DNA of 64,000 bases, from assembly GCA_034430595.1 (NCBI GenBank), contig DAOUEL010000078.1:285013-349012 (forward strand), in the 5' to 3' direction. The notes under the pieces were generated by a model. The model saw only the letters and a list, made by a program, of their open reading frames with translations, ran no database searches and was not told the DNA's origin. This DNA comes from Anaerolineales bacterium. Its GTDB lineage: Bacteria; Chloroflexota; Anaerolineae; Anaerolineales; E44-bin32. How positions within the stretch are numbered: the stretch's first letter is position 1; every line of letters starts with the position of its first letter. Shown here in pieces: positions 36,602 to 47,039 of this stretch. The position numbers were made by a program, and so were the translations under genes.

Positions 36602-37759
36602 CTAAGCGGGTCTGAGGCCTTTTTTTTTAGCCTGGGTTTCTTCTTCGCCGTCGGCGCTTTCACTCAGTTCTTCGCCGCCCTCAACCTCAGATTGAATTTG
36701 CTCGATGCGGGATTGCAGATCGTCGATGTTGACCTCAACCTGTTGGAACGGCCCGCGCCGGATGCGGTGCGGGAGGGCAAGTTCAGCCGCCAACGCGATA
36801 TCGCGTTGGTTGATCTGATCCCGGCCTTCGAATGCAGCGTGGGCGCGAGCAGCCTTGAGAATGACCAGGTCCGCGCGATGGCCATCGACGTGCATCGATG
36901 AGGTGAGGGCAGCGATGGCGAGCAGATTATATTTAGTATAGGAGACGCCCTCAAGCAGCTTGCGGGCGGCTTTGATTTCAGCCGAGAGCTTCTGCTCGCG
37001 CTCCATCCACTGCTCACGAAACTCGTCTGGATCGGCTTCGAAAGCCAGGTTGCGTTCCATGATCGCCACCCGGTCCTGGGGGTTCTGCAGGCCGCGAATT
37101 TCGACCGAGAGTGCGAAGCGGTCAAGCAGCTGCGGCCGTAGGTCGCCTTCTTCCGGGTTCATGGTGCCGACCAGGATGTAGCGAGCCGGGTGGCTGAAGG
37201 AGATGCCCTCGCGCTCGACGATGTTCATGCCCAGCGCGGCCGAATCGAGCAGCAGATCCACGACGTGGTCGTCCAGCAGGTTGACCTCGTCAATGTAGAG
37301 CAAGCCCCGGTTGGCCGCCGCCAGTACGCCGGGTTCGAAGTGGCGCTCGCCTTCTTTGATCGCCCGCTCAATATCGAGTGTGCCGACCACCCGGTCTTCG
37401 GTGGCTGATACAGGCAGATCGACGAAGGAGGTGTTGCGCAGCTCGACCGGAAGTGTTTCCCCGGCGGCAAGCCGTTCCTTGCATTCAGTGCACAGCTGGG
37501 TGGGGTTATGAGGATCGCAGCCGAAGCGGCAGTCTGCAACGACTTCGACCACCGGCAGCAAGGCTGCCAGCGCCCGGGCGGCAGTTGATTTCGCCGTGCC
37601 GCGCTCACCCCGGATCAGCACGCCGCCGATGCGGGGATTGACCGCGTTCAGGATCAGCGCCCGCCTCATCCGCTCTTGGCCGACGATTGCAGTGAATGGA
37701 TATACGACTGCCAATTCAATCTCCTGTCGGGCGGGATTATACACTATCCCCACCGCCAT
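36602..37759 (-). CDS. ChlI/BchI-like AAA+ ATPase (Mg-chelatase subunit I family)
   Basis: [40 protein letters not shown], a Cys-rich insert (CRFGCDP...CTEC), Walker [13 protein letters not shown] and an acidic C-terminal tail. Confidence 0.9.
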   Translation of the reverse strand: MAVGIVYNPARQEIELAVVYPFTAIVGQERMRRALILNAVNPRIGGVLIRGERGTAKSTAARALAALLPVVEVVADCRFGCDPHNPTQLCTECKERLAAGETLPVELRNTSFVDLPVSATEDRVVGTLDIERAIKEGERHFEPGVLAAANRGLLYIDEVNLLDDHVVDLLLDSAALGMNIVEREGISFSHPARYILVGTMNPEEGDLRPQLLDRFALSVEIRGLQNPQDRVAIMERNLAFEADPDEFREQWMEREQKLSAEIKAARKLLEGVSYTKYNLLAIAALTSSMHVDGHRADLVILKAARAHAAFEGRDQINQRDIALAAELALPHRIRRGPFQQVEVNIDDLQSRIEQIQSEVEGGEELSESADGEEETQAKKKGLRPA

Positions 37760-37837
37760 CCAACCCGTTGGTGTTTACAATAGCGGATAAGGCTTTTATA
37801 ATGCGGTCCAATCTTATCGACGGAGAGCAGATAGTTT

Positions 37838-39385
37838 ATGGAGAGAGAAAACGAGACCATCGGGGAAGAGATTCTGCATGACGCTGAAAACGAGAAGCCA
37901 ACAGAGCACCCGATGGATGCCCTGCTTGATGCAGAGGCTTACGAACTGGAAACACCACGCCGGGGCGAGATTCGCACCGGTACCATCGCACGTATTACCG
38001 AGAACGACATCCTGGTAGACATCGGAGCTAAATCCGAGGGCTTGATCAGCAGCCGCGAGATGGAACAACTCACAGAAGAACAGAAGGCTGAACTGGAGGT
38101 TGGTTCCGAGATCAGTGTCTATGTCATCCGCTCCGCAGATCGCGATGGCACGCTGCTGCTCTCTATTTCACGCGCGGAAGAGGAATCCGAGTGGCAGGAA
38201 GCGGAAGCGCTACTTGAATCGGAAGAACCCTACGAGGGCATTATTTCTGGCTACAACAAGGGCGGCCTGATTGTGAAATTCGGCCACTTGCGCGGCTTCA
38301 TCCCTGCCTCCCAGGTGAGCCTGGCCCGGCGGCGACGAGCGGAGGGGGAAACCCCCGACCAGCGCTGGGGTAAGATGGCCAGCGAGCCAATCATCGCCAA
38401 GGTAATCGAAGTCGACCGGCGACGCAACCGACTGATCCTTTCCGAACGCGCTGCGGCCCGCGAATCGCGCGATGCGCTCAAGGAACGCCTGATCTCAGAA
38501 CTCAAACCCGGCGAAGTCCGGACCGGAACCGTGATTAGCCTGGCTGATTTCGGCGCCTTTATCGACATCGGAGGAGCCGACGGGTTGGTGCACATTTCCG
38601 AGCTCTCATGGAAGCGTGTTGATCATCCCAAGGATGTGCTCAAGATCGGACAGGAAGTAGAGGTCAAAGTCCTCAATGTCGACGCGGATCGCAAGCGGAT
38701 CAGCCTGTCGCTGAGAGAACTTGAGGACAATCCTTGGGACGAGATCCTGGCTTCCTTCACCGAAGGACAGCTGGTGGAGGGCACGATCACCAAGCTAACC
38801 AAGTTCGGTGCCTTCGCAACCATCAAGGATATCGAGGACTACGAGATAGAAGGCCTGATCCACATATCCGAACTTTCCGATCAGCGCATCGAGCATCCAC
38901 GCGAAGTCGTGGAAGAAGGTCAGACGCTGGCACTGCGCTTGATCAAGATCGATCGTGAACGCCGGCGGCTGGGCTTGAGCCTCAAGCGCGTTGATTCGGC
39001 CGAATTTGCCGATGTCGATTGGCGTGCAGCGATGCAGGAAATGGAAACTGAGGATGAACCAGAGCCGCAGGTTGAGGCCGATGAAATCGAGGACTTCGAC
39101 GCCGAGCTAGAAGGCGAGATCCCCGATTTACCCTCGGAAGAAGTCGAACTCCAGGAAGAGGAACCCGAAGCTGGAGCGCCAGCAGCGGAAGGTACGCCAG
39201 AGAGCGAAGCCGAACTCGAACCAATCACAGACGTAAAAGAAGACGAGAACGTTGAGGATGCCGAGGCCGAAGAGCCGGTGGCCGAGGAAACATCTGTGAG
39301 TACAGCTGAACTCGAGCCGGCGGCAGACGCCCATGAAGAAGAAGTGGCTGAGAGTGCCGAAGAGGACGACGAGGCCGCAGGCTGA
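37838..39385 (+). CDS. rpsA: 30S ribosomal protein S1 with a long acidic C-terminal extension
   Basis: Four S1/OB repeats (GTIARI..., GIISGYNKGGLIV, GTVISLADFGAFIDIG, GTITKLTKFGAFATI). A Glu/Asp/Ala-rich tail of about 130 aa follows. Confidence 0.93.
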   Translation: MERENETIGEEILHDAENEKPTEHPMDALLDAEAYELETPRRGEIRTGTIARITENDILVDIGAKSEGLISSREMEQLTEEQKAELEVGSEISVYVIRSADRDGTLLLSISRAEEESEWQEAEALLESEEPYEGIISGYNKGGLIVKFGHLRGFIPASQVSLARRRRAEGETPDQRWGKMASEPIIAKVIEVDRRRNRLILSERAAARESRDALKERLISELKPGEVRTGTVISLADFGAFIDIGGADGLVHISELSWKRVDHPKDVLKIGQEVEVKVLNVDADRKRISLSLRELEDNPWDEILASFTEGQLVEGTITKLTKFGAFATIKDIEDYEIEGLIHISELSDQRIEHPREVVEEGQTLALRLIKIDRERRRLGLSLKRVDSAEFADVDWRAAMQEMETEDEPEPQVEADEIEDFDAELEGEIPDLPSEEVELQEEEPEAGAPAAEGTPESEAELEPITDVKEDENVEDAEAEEPVAEETSVSTAELEPAADAHEEEVAESAEEDDEAAG

Positions 39386-39424
39386 GACGTCTACCAAGTA
39401 AGCTTTACAGACAGATGGAAATCC

Positions 39425-39453
39425 ACCGGGCGTAGGTTCTCTACGCCCGGTTT
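39425..39453 (+). terminator. terminator hairpin after rpsA
   Basis: ACCGGGCGTAG-GTTCT-CTACGCCCGGT followed by TTCG (short T-run). Confidence 0.6.
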
Positions 39454-39505
39454 CGCCATCTATGGGGGAATTAAATCCCACTTTCCCATTCCGGCATGCT
39501 TTCTT

Positions 39506-39514
39506 TGGTAGAAT
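39506..39514 (+). promoter_or_regulatory. extended -10 promoter element TGGTAGAAT upstream of clpC
   Basis: TGnTAGAAT lies 60 nt upstream of the ATG at 39574. Confidence 0.35.
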
Positions 39515-39573
39515 ACGAGTCAATCAGGAGGAATTTGGCAAAATGGCTCGGAGGATTAACGGTGGCCGATAAG

Positions 39574-42054
39574 ATGGAGCGCTTTACGCAGCGGGCTCGT
39601 CGTGTGTTGAGTCTGGCACACGAGGAGGCCGAGCGTTTGCACCACAATTACATTGGTACAGAGCACCTCCTGCTGGGTTTGATTCGCGAAGAGGGGGGTG
39701 TCGCCGGACGTGTGCTGCGGGAACTGGGCCTCGAACCGGCACGTGTGAAAGAAATGGTGGAGCGCTTGACGGGCGTCGGCCGCCACAGCGGTGGCCGCAT
39801 CGAGCTCGCACCCGCCACCGAGCAGGTGCTGCAGCTGGCGATTGACGAAGCACGACGGATGGGCCATCACTACATCGGCACAGAACATCTCCTGCTTGGC
39901 CTGGTCCGACAGGGCGAGGGCGTGGGAGTCGATGTCCTGCGCCGCCTGGGAATTACGCCGGAGCAGGTGCGGCGCCAAACCAGGCGGGTGCTGCAGGAAA
40001 GCCCCACCAGGCGTATGGCTCAGAAAGCTGCTCCGAGCCAGACAAAAGAGCAGGCGAAGACACCTCTGGTCGACCAGCTTGCGACCGATCTGACAGAACT
40101 GGCAGAAGAGGGCAAGCTTGATCCTGTCATTGGCCGTGAGATGGAGATCGAACGCGTGATCCAGATCCTGGCCCGCCGCACAAAGAACAACCCGGCTTTG
40201 ATCGGTGAACCAGGGGTCGGTAAAACCGCCATCGTCGAAGGTTTGGCGCAGCGCATTGTCGCTGGAGAGACGCCAGGGCCATTGATCGGCAAGCGTGTCT
40301 TACAGCTTGACGTAGGCTCGCTGGTCGCTGGCACGATGTACCGCGGTCAATTTGAAGAACGCCTGAAGCGAGTGATTGACGAGCTCAAATCCTCCGAGGC
40401 AATTCTGTTCATCGATGAGGTGCACATGCTCGTTGGGGCGGGTTCGGCCGGTTCTTCGGTCGATGCCGCCAATATACTCAAGCCGGCACTCTCGCGCGGT
40501 GAACTTCAGGTGATCGGCGCCACGACGCTCGATGAGTACCGCAAACACATCGAAAACGACGCTGCACTCGAGCGGCGCTTCCAGCCGGTGATGGTCGAAG
40601 AACCATCGATCGAGGAAACGATAGATATCCTGCGTGGTGTACGCCGGCCCTACGAGGAACACCACAAGCTGATGATCACGGATGAGGCCATCCAATCGGC
40701 CGCCTACCTCTCAGCCCGTTATGTGACCGACCGCTTCCTGCCGGATAAGGCCATCGATCTCATTGACGAATCAGCCTCCCGGGTTCGCATGTACAAGAGT
40801 CCTGAGGCAGTTTCGCTTCGCACGATTATTGGTGAGTTGCGAAAGGTTCGCGAAGCACACGCATTGGCCCTCGAAGAATCGCGTTTCGATGATGCCGAGG
40901 AGCTCGTTCAACGCGAGTCCGAGCTGGAAGAGGAACTGGATCAGCTGCGCGGGGCTTGGGATCGCAGTGAAAGCGGACCGAGGGTTACTGAAGACGACAT
41001 TGCAGAAGTCGTATCGATGTGGACCGGAGTTCCCGTGATGCAGATCGCGGAAGCCGAATCGGCCCGTTTGCTGGAAATGGAAGGCGCGCTGCACGAACGC
41101 ATTATTGGCCAGGACGAGGCCATCAGCGCGATCTCGAAGGCCGTTCGACGTTCACGGGCTGGTCTGAAAGATCCGAAGCGCCCGATCGGTTCCTTTGTCT
41201 TTCTCGGGCCAACCGGCGTCGGGAAGACTGAACTTACAAAAGCCCTGGCGCAGTTCATGTTCGGCTCGGAAGATGCGCTGGTCCAGATCGATATGTCTGA
41301 ACTGATGGAGCGTCATACCGTAAGCCGCCTGGTTGGCGCTCCCCCCGGGTATGTGGGGTATGAAGATGCCGGCCAGCTGACGGAGGCAATTCGTCGTCGA
41401 CCTTATTCGATCGTGGTGTTTGATGAAGTCGAGAAGGCACATCCCGAAGCGCACAACATGCTGCTTCAAATCATGGAAGAAGGACAGCTGTCGGATGCGC
41501 GCGGGCGCAAAGTCGATTTTCGCAACTCGATTATCGTGATGACTTCCAACGTCGGGGCGGATCTGATCAAACGGCAGACCCAACTGGGCTTCGACCTTCC
41601 CAAGGATGCACTTGCAGCGGAACGTCTCGAATACGACGAGATGCACAAGAAGCTCACCGACGCGCTGAAGAAGGTGTTTCGACCGGAATTCCTGAACCGC
41701 GTCGATTCGATCATAGTCTTCCATGCGCTCAGCAAGGAACAGATCGCCGAAATCGTTGACCTGGAGTTGAACAAAGTCTCCGAACGCCTCACCGAACACG
41801 AGATCTCTCTTGCAGCAACCGATGAAGCGCGCTCGAAGCTGGCCGACCTTGGATATGATCCCGAGATGGGTGCACGCCCACTGCGGCGTGTGATCCAGAA
41901 CAAGGTCGAGGACAAGCTTTCCGACGAATTGCTGGCCGGGAGATTCAAGGCCGGCGATAACGTCCAGGTCGATGTCGAGGATGACGAGATTGTCTTAAGG
42001 CTGGCAAAAACCGAGCCAGAGGACGAATCGCAGGAAATCGTCCCGGCAACCTGA
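39574..42054 (+). CDS. clpC: ATP-dependent Clp protease ATP-binding subunit ClpC
   Basis: Tandem Clp_N repeats ([11 protein letters not shown] twice), two AAA+ modules ([15 protein letters not shown] and [15 protein letters not shown]) and a short UVR-like linker instead of the long ClpB M-domain. The start is trimmed to [10 protein letters not shown]. Confidence 0.95.
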   Translation: MERFTQRARRVLSLAHEEAERLHHNYIGTEHLLLGLIREEGGVAGRVLRELGLEPARVKEMVERLTGVGRHSGGRIELAPATEQVLQLAIDEARRMGHHYIGTEHLLLGLVRQGEGVGVDVLRRLGITPEQVRRQTRRVLQESPTRRMAQKAAPSQTKEQAKTPLVDQLATDLTELAEEGKLDPVIGREMEIERVIQILARRTKNNPALIGEPGVGKTAIVEGLAQRIVAGETPGPLIGKRVLQLDVGSLVAGTMYRGQFEERLKRVIDELKSSEAILFIDEVHMLVGAGSAGSSVDAANILKPALSRGELQVIGATTLDEYRKHIENDAALERRFQPVMVEEPSIEETIDILRGVRRPYEEHHKLMITDEAIQSAAYLSARYVTDRFLPDKAIDLIDESASRVRMYKSPEAVSLRTIIGELRKVREAHALALEESRFDDAEELVQRESELEEELDQLRGAWDRSESGPRVTEDDIAEVVSMWTGVPVMQIAEAESARLLEMEGALHERIIGQDEAISAISKAVRRSRAGLKDPKRPIGSFVFLGPTGVGKTELTKALAQFMFGSEDALVQIDMSELMERHTVSRLVGAPPGYVGYEDAGQLTEAIRRRPYSIVVFDEVEKAHPEAHNMLLQIMEEGQLSDARGRKVDFRNSIIVMTSNVGADLIKRQTQLGFDLPKDALAAERLEYDEMHKKLTDALKKVFRPEFLNRVDSIIVFHALSKEQIAEIVDLELNKVSERLTEHEISLAATDEARSKLADLGYDPEMGARPLRRVIQNKVEDKLSDELLAGRFKAGDNVQVDVEDDEIVLRLAKTEPEDESQEIVPAT

Positions 42055-42075
42055 GTCCCATCCCAGGAGACTTTC

Positions 42076-42109
42076 AGCCCGACATCCACCGGTGTCGGGC
42101 TCTTTTTTT
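42076..42109 (+). terminator. intrinsic terminator after clpC
   Basis: AGCCCGACA-TCCACCGG-TGTCGGGCT followed by CTTTTTTTC. Confidence 0.85.
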
Positions 42110-42124
42110 CGACCGGCTGCACTG

Positions 42125-42130
42125 TATAAT
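42125..42130 (+). promoter_or_regulatory. candidate -10 box TATAAT for radA
   Basis: A perfect TATAAT lies 19 nt upstream of the GTG start at 42149, just after the clpC terminator. A GGAGG SD lies between them. Confidence 0.3.
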
Positions 42131-42148
42131 CCCTTCAGTGGAGGTCGT

Positions 42149-43540
42149 GTGGCAAAAATCCAGACGCAATACGTCTGCCAGCAGTGCGGGCGAACTGCCC
42201 CCAAGGCGCTTGGCCGCTGCCCGCAGTGCGGAGCCTGGAACAGCATGGTCCAGGAGGTCATCGCACCGAGCGCGCGCTCGACGCCAGCTGCTGGCTTACG
42301 GGGTGCAACGCATGCAGTTCGATTGAACGAGATTGATGGGGATGCTGCCACCCGCATGCCGCTCCCGATTGCAGAATTTGCCCGGGTGCTCGGCGGAGGC
42401 ATCGTGCCGGGTTCCGTGACTTTGATCGGCGGTGACCCCGGCATCGGCAAGTCCACCCTGCTGCTTCAGATGGCAGCCCAGATGAGCAAGACCAGGCGGG
42501 TTTTATACGTCTCAGGTGAGGAGTCCGAGCCGCAGATCAAGGCTCGCGCCTTAAGACTCGATCCGGGGCCGGAGCTCCCAAACGATCTCTTCATCCTGAC
42601 CGAAACCGATCTGGAAGCTGTCCTGCTCCAGGCCGAAGAGGTTGGACCGGGTTTAATGATTGTCGATTCGATCCAGACGATGCACTCCTCGGATTTCGAT
42701 TCAAGCTCGGGTTCGATCACACAGGTTCGTGAATGCACTGCCCGCCTGCAGGTACTGGCAAAGAGTTCGGGAATTGCCGTCTTCCTGGTCGGGCATGTCA
42801 CAAAGGACGGCGCCATCGCCGGTCCGCGCGTAATGGAGCACATCGTTGATACCGTGCTCTACCTGGAAGGCGATCCATACCACGCCTACCGTCTCCTGCG
42901 TTCGGTCAAGAATCGATTCGGAGCGACGACCGAGGTCGGCGTTTTCGAGATGGCCTCCGACGGCATGCGTGAGGTTGCCAATCCTTCGGAGGCATTCCTG
43001 GCGGAGCGGGTGGTTAACGCTCCTGGTTCGGCAGTGGCGGTGACGATGGAAGGCACCCGCCCGCTGCTAGTCGAGGTGCAGGGTCTCACCAGCCGAAGCA
43101 GCTTCGGCAACCCGCGCCGGACGGCGAACGGGGTTGATTTCAACCGCCTGCTGCTGATCGCGGCCGTGCTGACGCGGCGCGTCGGCTTGCGCCTGGATGA
43201 CCAGGATATCTTCATCAATGTCGTCGGAGGGTTGCGGATTGGCGAGCCGGCGGCCGATCTGGCGATGGCGATGGCGATCAGCTCCTCAATGAAGGACCAT
43301 CCGCTTCCGGCGGACGTTGTCCTGATTGGTGAGGTTGGTTTGTCAGGCGAGATCCGGGCCGTCGCGCAGATGGAAGCACGGTTGAAGGAAGCAGCGAAGC
43401 TCGGGTTCAAACGGGCACTGATACCAAAGCGCGTCCGCACATCCGACGGCCGGGTGAAGGGAATTGAGATCGAACCCGTGCGCTCGATTTTCGACGCGCA
43501 ACGTTCTCTTTTTAATAAGGCGACTTCGGACGACGGCTGA
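42149..43540 (+). CDS. radA: DNA repair protein RadA/Sms
   Basis: N-terminal zinc ribbon (YVCQQCG...CPQCGAWNS), Walker A GGDPGIGKSTLLLQ, the KNRFG motif and a Lon-like C-terminal domain. GTG start at 42149 behind a GGAGG SD; the listed upstream start would cross the clpC terminator. Confidence 0.95.
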   Translation: MAKIQTQYVCQQCGRTAPKALGRCPQCGAWNSMVQEVIAPSARSTPAAGLRGATHAVRLNEIDGDAATRMPLPIAEFARVLGGGIVPGSVTLIGGDPGIGKSTLLLQMAAQMSKTRRVLYVSGEESEPQIKARALRLDPGPELPNDLFILTETDLEAVLLQAEEVGPGLMIVDSIQTMHSSDFDSSSGSITQVRECTARLQVLAKSSGIAVFLVGHVTKDGAIAGPRVMEHIVDTVLYLEGDPYHAYRLLRSVKNRFGATTEVGVFEMASDGMREVANPSEAFLAERVVNAPGSAVAVTMEGTRPLLVEVQGLTSRSSFGNPRRTANGVDFNRLLLIAAVLTRRVGLRLDDQDIFINVVGGLRIGEPAADLAMAMAISSSMKDHPLPADVVLIGEVGLSGEIRAVAQMEARLKEAAKLGFKRALIPKRVRTSDGRVKGIEIEPVRSIFDAQRSLFNKATSDDG

Positions 43541-44115
43541 ATTTGTCCACGTGCGCGGCATGCATGACGCGCTATTCGCGTTTTTCCCTACGCTCGGCGC
43601 AATTAGCTCCAAACGAAGCACTCGAATCGAAGGTTGATTGAAGCTCGCCCACCGGTCCCAGGCGTGGGTACTCATTTAAGATTTAATGTTTTTCCCGGCC
43701 GAGAGTGGACGAATTCTGAGCTCCCCCCTAGATCTGGGGGTTTACCACGAATCACGTCTGCCATATGGTGCAACGCATCCGCACGTTCAAATTGAAATTC
43801 CGGCATGATTTCCGTCGAGACGATTGTCCGCTTTAAGATTCACTCGCCTTAAAAGATTCGATCTTTTTAGGTTAACGGCGGGTTAAAGTATTGAAGCTCG
43901 GACCGGCTTTTGCTAAAATCCTGCCACCGTGGGTGTACGAGGCACAAAGTAAGAGGAGGAACACCTGCGGGCCCCAAATTGCTGTGGCTGGGGTGGTCGT
44001 CCCCTCGACGATCGCAGTTACATCACAGATGTACCTTTGGGTTCGTGCCATGAAAGTCACTGGTATATACCGGACATCAGCTTGATCCGCTGTCACGGGG
44101 ACCTCGGAGGTTTGT
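43541..44115. other. candidate chromosomal replication origin / dnaA control region
   Basis: 575 bp of non-coding DNA immediately upstream of dnaA, with AT-rich patches. TTTAAGATT occurs at 43675-43683 and 43832-43840, and AAAAGATTCGAT at 43851. Only degenerate DnaA-box-like 9-mers were found, for example TTGTCCACG at 43543-43551 (7/9 to TTATCCACA). Confidence 0.35.
44061..44069 (+). promoter_or_regulatory. extended -10 promoter element TGGTATATA upstream of dnaA
   Basis: TGnTATATA lies 47 nt upstream of the dnaA ATG. Confidence 0.35.
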
Positions 44116-45459
44116 ATGAATGCGGAGCGGCACTGGCAGGCAGCACTCGGACAACTTCAAATGGAGATGCCGCGTGCAGCCTATGACACCTGGGTCCGCG
44201 ACGCAGAATTTCTAACCTACGAAGATGGAACCTTCGCCATCGGTGTAAAAAATGCTTACGCACGAGATTGGCTTCAGGATCGCCTGCTTTCAACCGTAAA
44301 ACGCATTCTGACCGGCATCATGGGCCGCACCGTCGACGTGCACTTTGTCGTTTGGACCGGCAGCCCGGTTGAGCTGAATCCCGAACCCGAGCCGGTTCTC
44401 AACCAACCAGCAAGCGCAGGGGCTTCCGATGAAGCACGGCTCAACCGCCGCTACACATTCGAAACGTTTGTTGTCGGCACCAGTAATCGGTTGGCTCACG
44501 CTGCGGCGCAGGCCGTAGCCGAGAGCCCGGCCAAAGCCTACAATCCGCTTTTCCTGTATGGCGGGGTTGGCCTGGGCAAGACCCACCTCCTGCACGCGGT
44601 CGGGCAGGCCTGCCTTCAATCCGGCCTGAGCGTGCGCTATGTCTCCTCGGAAGAATTTACCAACGATCTGGTGAACTCGATCCGCACCCACAACACGATC
44701 GCCTTTCGCGATCGCTATCGGCGGATTGATGTGCTCCTGATCGACGACATCCAGTTCATCGCCGGAAAAGAATCGACCCAGGAAGAGTTCTTCCATACCT
44801 TCAACACCCTGCACGGCGGCGATAAGCAAATTGTGCTTACTTCCGACCGGCCGCCGCGGGCGTTAAACACCCTGGAGGAACGGCTGCGCTCACGCTTCGA
44901 ATGGGGTCTGACGGCCGATATTCAGGCACCGGATTTTGAGACCCGGCTGGCAATCTTGCGTTCGAAGGCCGAGCGACATGGCCGGCAGGTGCCGGCGGTG
45001 ATCCTGGAAGATATCGCCCGGCGGGTGCACAGCAATATCCGTGAGCTGGAAGGCGCGCTGACACGAGTGCTGGCCTATGCTGACCTGAGAGGCGAACTGC
45101 TGAGCGAGGAGCTGGTCAATACCGCTCTGGCTGATATGCTCGTCCGCACGGGAAGCCTGACCGGAGAGCAGGTGATCGAGGCTGTGGCGGGACGCTTCGG
45201 GCTGCAGATCGATCAGCTGCTGGGCCGATCCCGCTCACGCGAAGTGGCGCTGCCACGCCAGATCGCCATGTACCTCATTCGAGAAGAAACAGATACCTCA
45301 CTGCCAAAGATCGGCGAGATGCTTGGTGGCCGTGATCACACAACCATCCTCTACGGCGCGGAGAAGATTTCAGAACTGATCGAATCCGATGGATCCCTGC
45401 GTCGTGATGTGATGGTGATTCGGGAGCAGCTCTACCGAGCGGCGGGTGTCCCCGTCTGA
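44116..45459 (+). CDS. dnaA: chromosomal replication initiator protein DnaA
   Basis: 447 aa. Domain I start ([12 protein letters not shown]), AAA+ domain ([27 protein letters not shown]) and a C-terminal DNA-binding domain ([19 protein letters not shown]). Confidence 0.97.
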   Translation: MNAERHWQAALGQLQMEMPRAAYDTWVRDAEFLTYEDGTFAIGVKNAYARDWLQDRLLSTVKRILTGIMGRTVDVHFVVWTGSPVELNPEPEPVLNQPASAGASDEARLNRRYTFETFVVGTSNRLAHAAAQAVAESPAKAYNPLFLYGGVGLGKTHLLHAVGQACLQSGLSVRYVSSEEFTNDLVNSIRTHNTIAFRDRYRRIDVLLIDDIQFIAGKESTQEEFFHTFNTLHGGDKQIVLTSDRPPRALNTLEERLRSRFEWGLTADIQAPDFETRLAILRSKAERHGRQVPAVILEDIARRVHSNIRELEGALTRVLAYADLRGELLSEELVNTALADMLVRTGSLTGEQVIEAVAGRFGLQIDQLLGRSRSREVALPRQIAMYLIREETDTSLPKIGEMLGGRDHTTILYGAEKISELIESDGSLRRDVMVIREQLYRAAGVPV

Positions 45460-45486
45460 CCCCGGTTCGGTCAGGAGATAAAAATC

Positions 45487-45516
45487 ATGACCGCGCCTTG
45501 AGGCGCGGTCATTTTG
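45487..45516. terminator. bidirectional terminator between dnaA and the DegV gene
   Basis: ATGACCGCGCC-TTGA-GGCGCGGTCAT flanked by AAAA and TTTT. Confidence 0.8.
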
Positions 45517-45572
45517 GTCCTGTGTCCTGACCGGCGCGATGGATCGCGCTTCATCGATGAGGGGGCAGCCAC

Positions 45573-46412
45573 TCAGGCCGGGTAGGCGAACACTCCCAGG
45601 ATCCCCGGCCCGCCGTGAACTGCCAGCGAGGCAACCAGGTCCTCCATCAACAGCTCATCGACCGTGAAGCGAGTCTCCAACTCGTGTTTTACGTTCTCTG
45701 CCTCTCCAGCTGCCCGAGCGTGGATAACAGCTGCCCGCAGTGGAAGATCGGGTGCGAACGATTCGGACAGCAGTTGAATCAGGCGTTCCAACGCTTTCGA
45801 GCGGGTGCGAATGCTTTCTCCAGCTTCAAGCACGCCATCCTCGAGATAGATAATCGGCTTGACGTTCAGGAGTGAAGCCAGAGCTCCCTGCAGCCGGCCG
45901 ACCCGCCCGCTCATTTGCAGGTACTTGAGCGTCGCTGGAGTAAGGAATAGTTTGCTGGTTGAGCGGATGTGGTCGAGTCGGCGCAGGATTGCGTCCAGTG
46001 GTTGGCCAGCTTCGGCCGCACGGGCTGCCTCGAGCACCATCCAGCCGGTACCGAGCGAAATGCTGGCTGAATCGAAGACGGCCACCTCAGCTTCTGGGAC
46101 CATCTCCTTCGCCAGCATCGCCGAATCATAGGTCCCGCTCAGTTTGGCCGTGACCGTGATCACCAAGCCGGAGTTTCCCTGCTCGCGCAGCTGCTGATAG
46201 TAGTGGGCAAAGGATGGTGGCGGCGGTTGGGAGGAGGTGGGGATGATGCCCATCTCCTCGATCTTGGAATAAAAAAGCCCACGATCGATATTGATGCCTT
46301 CCTCGTAGGTTTCTTCCTTGAACTGGATCGCAATTGGCGCAATGCGGATATCGTGTTGCTTGATGAGCTCATCGGAGAGGTTGTTGGTACTGTCGGTTAT
46401 GATCTTTAACAT
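45573..46412 (-). CDS. DegV-family fatty-acid-binding protein
   Basis: MLKIITDSTNNL..., TSSQPPP and a typical DegV length. Start at the ATG at 46412 behind a GGGAGG SD. Confidence 0.9.
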   Translation of the reverse strand: MLKIITDSTNNLSDELIKQHDIRIAPIAIQFKEETYEEGINIDRGLFYSKIEEMGIIPTSSQPPPPSFAHYYQQLREQGNSGLVITVTAKLSGTYDSAMLAKEMVPEAEVAVFDSASISLGTGWMVLEAARAAEAGQPLDAILRRLDHIRSTSKLFLTPATLKYLQMSGRVGRLQGALASLLNVKPIIYLEDGVLEAGESIRTRSKALERLIQLLSESFAPDLPLRAAVIHARAAGEAENVKHELETRFTVDELLMEDLVASLAVHGGPGILGVFAYPA

Positions 46413-46543
46413 GGCTGATGCCTCCCTCGGCATTGTAGTCAGGCCAGGTGAAATGTCTTGATGCGATGCTGCGTTTGCTGACCGGATTCAGTCTCCAATT
46501 TTAGATGCATTTGACCGCAGATCACAAACGGCTATTCAACCCC

Positions 46544-47005
46544 TCAGGGAGAGAATTCGGGCGCCTGAAAAGGGGCGTTCCAACTGGGTGATTTGTGAAC
46601 GTGAACAACTTTCCAGTTCCCCTCCATGCGGACCAGTACACGGCTTTCGTTGTAGCTGATCACACGCACACCGGCTGCGGTTCCTCTCGAGATGAGCATG
46701 GTGTAGGAGCAGATGACGGTATCGCCATAGCGCTGCTCGTGATATCCAGCGAGGTCGAAGCGCATCCGGCTTTTATCGCCGGGTGCACCACCGGCAGCCA
46801 GCGGGTCCAGCGTGACACCAGCTGTGTCTGGCCTTGACGATTCCTGCATCATGAAGTCGTGAAAGGGCAGGCCGTCGATGCGGTGTGGGGTGACGTACCA
46901 TTCATATAGGGTCATGTCGGGAGTCGTGCTGGCATGATAGCGGTCAATGTCCCCGGCAAAAATGCTCTCCAGGTGCTGCTCGAGGATGGTCCGGATTTCG
47001 CTCAT
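46544..47005 (-). CDS. NTF2-like (SnoaL/DUF4440-type) protein
   Basis: 153 aa. The N-terminal helix ...HLESIFAGDIDRYHAS... and the ending GNWKVVHVHKS are typical of the NTF2-like fold. The assignment is approximate. Confidence 0.55.
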   Translation of the reverse strand: MSEIRTILEQHLESIFAGDIDRYHASTTPDMTLYEWYVTPHRIDGLPFHDFMMQESSRPDTAGVTLDPLAAGGAPGDKSRMRFDLAGYHEQRYGDTVICSYTMLISRGTAAGVRVISYNESRVLVRMEGNWKVVHVHKSPSWNAPFQAPEFSP

Positions 47006-47039
47006 CTCTCATCTCCCTTCTCCGCTGGTGTTATTTCAG

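Noticed and set aside
39515-39535. AGTCAAT-CAG-GAGGAAT upstream of clpC as a possible CtsR operator (GGTCAAA-NAN-GGTCAAA).
   Set aside because: The first heptad matches only 5/7 and the second 3/7. The second half is more plausibly an SD-like GGAGG, and no ctsR gene is nearby.
43872-44096. Overlapping small ORFs (43872..44096 minus and 43891..44085 plus) in the radA-dnaA spacer.
   Set aside because: They are mutually antisense, have no SD and resemble no known family. They lie in the probable origin or dnaA promoter region.
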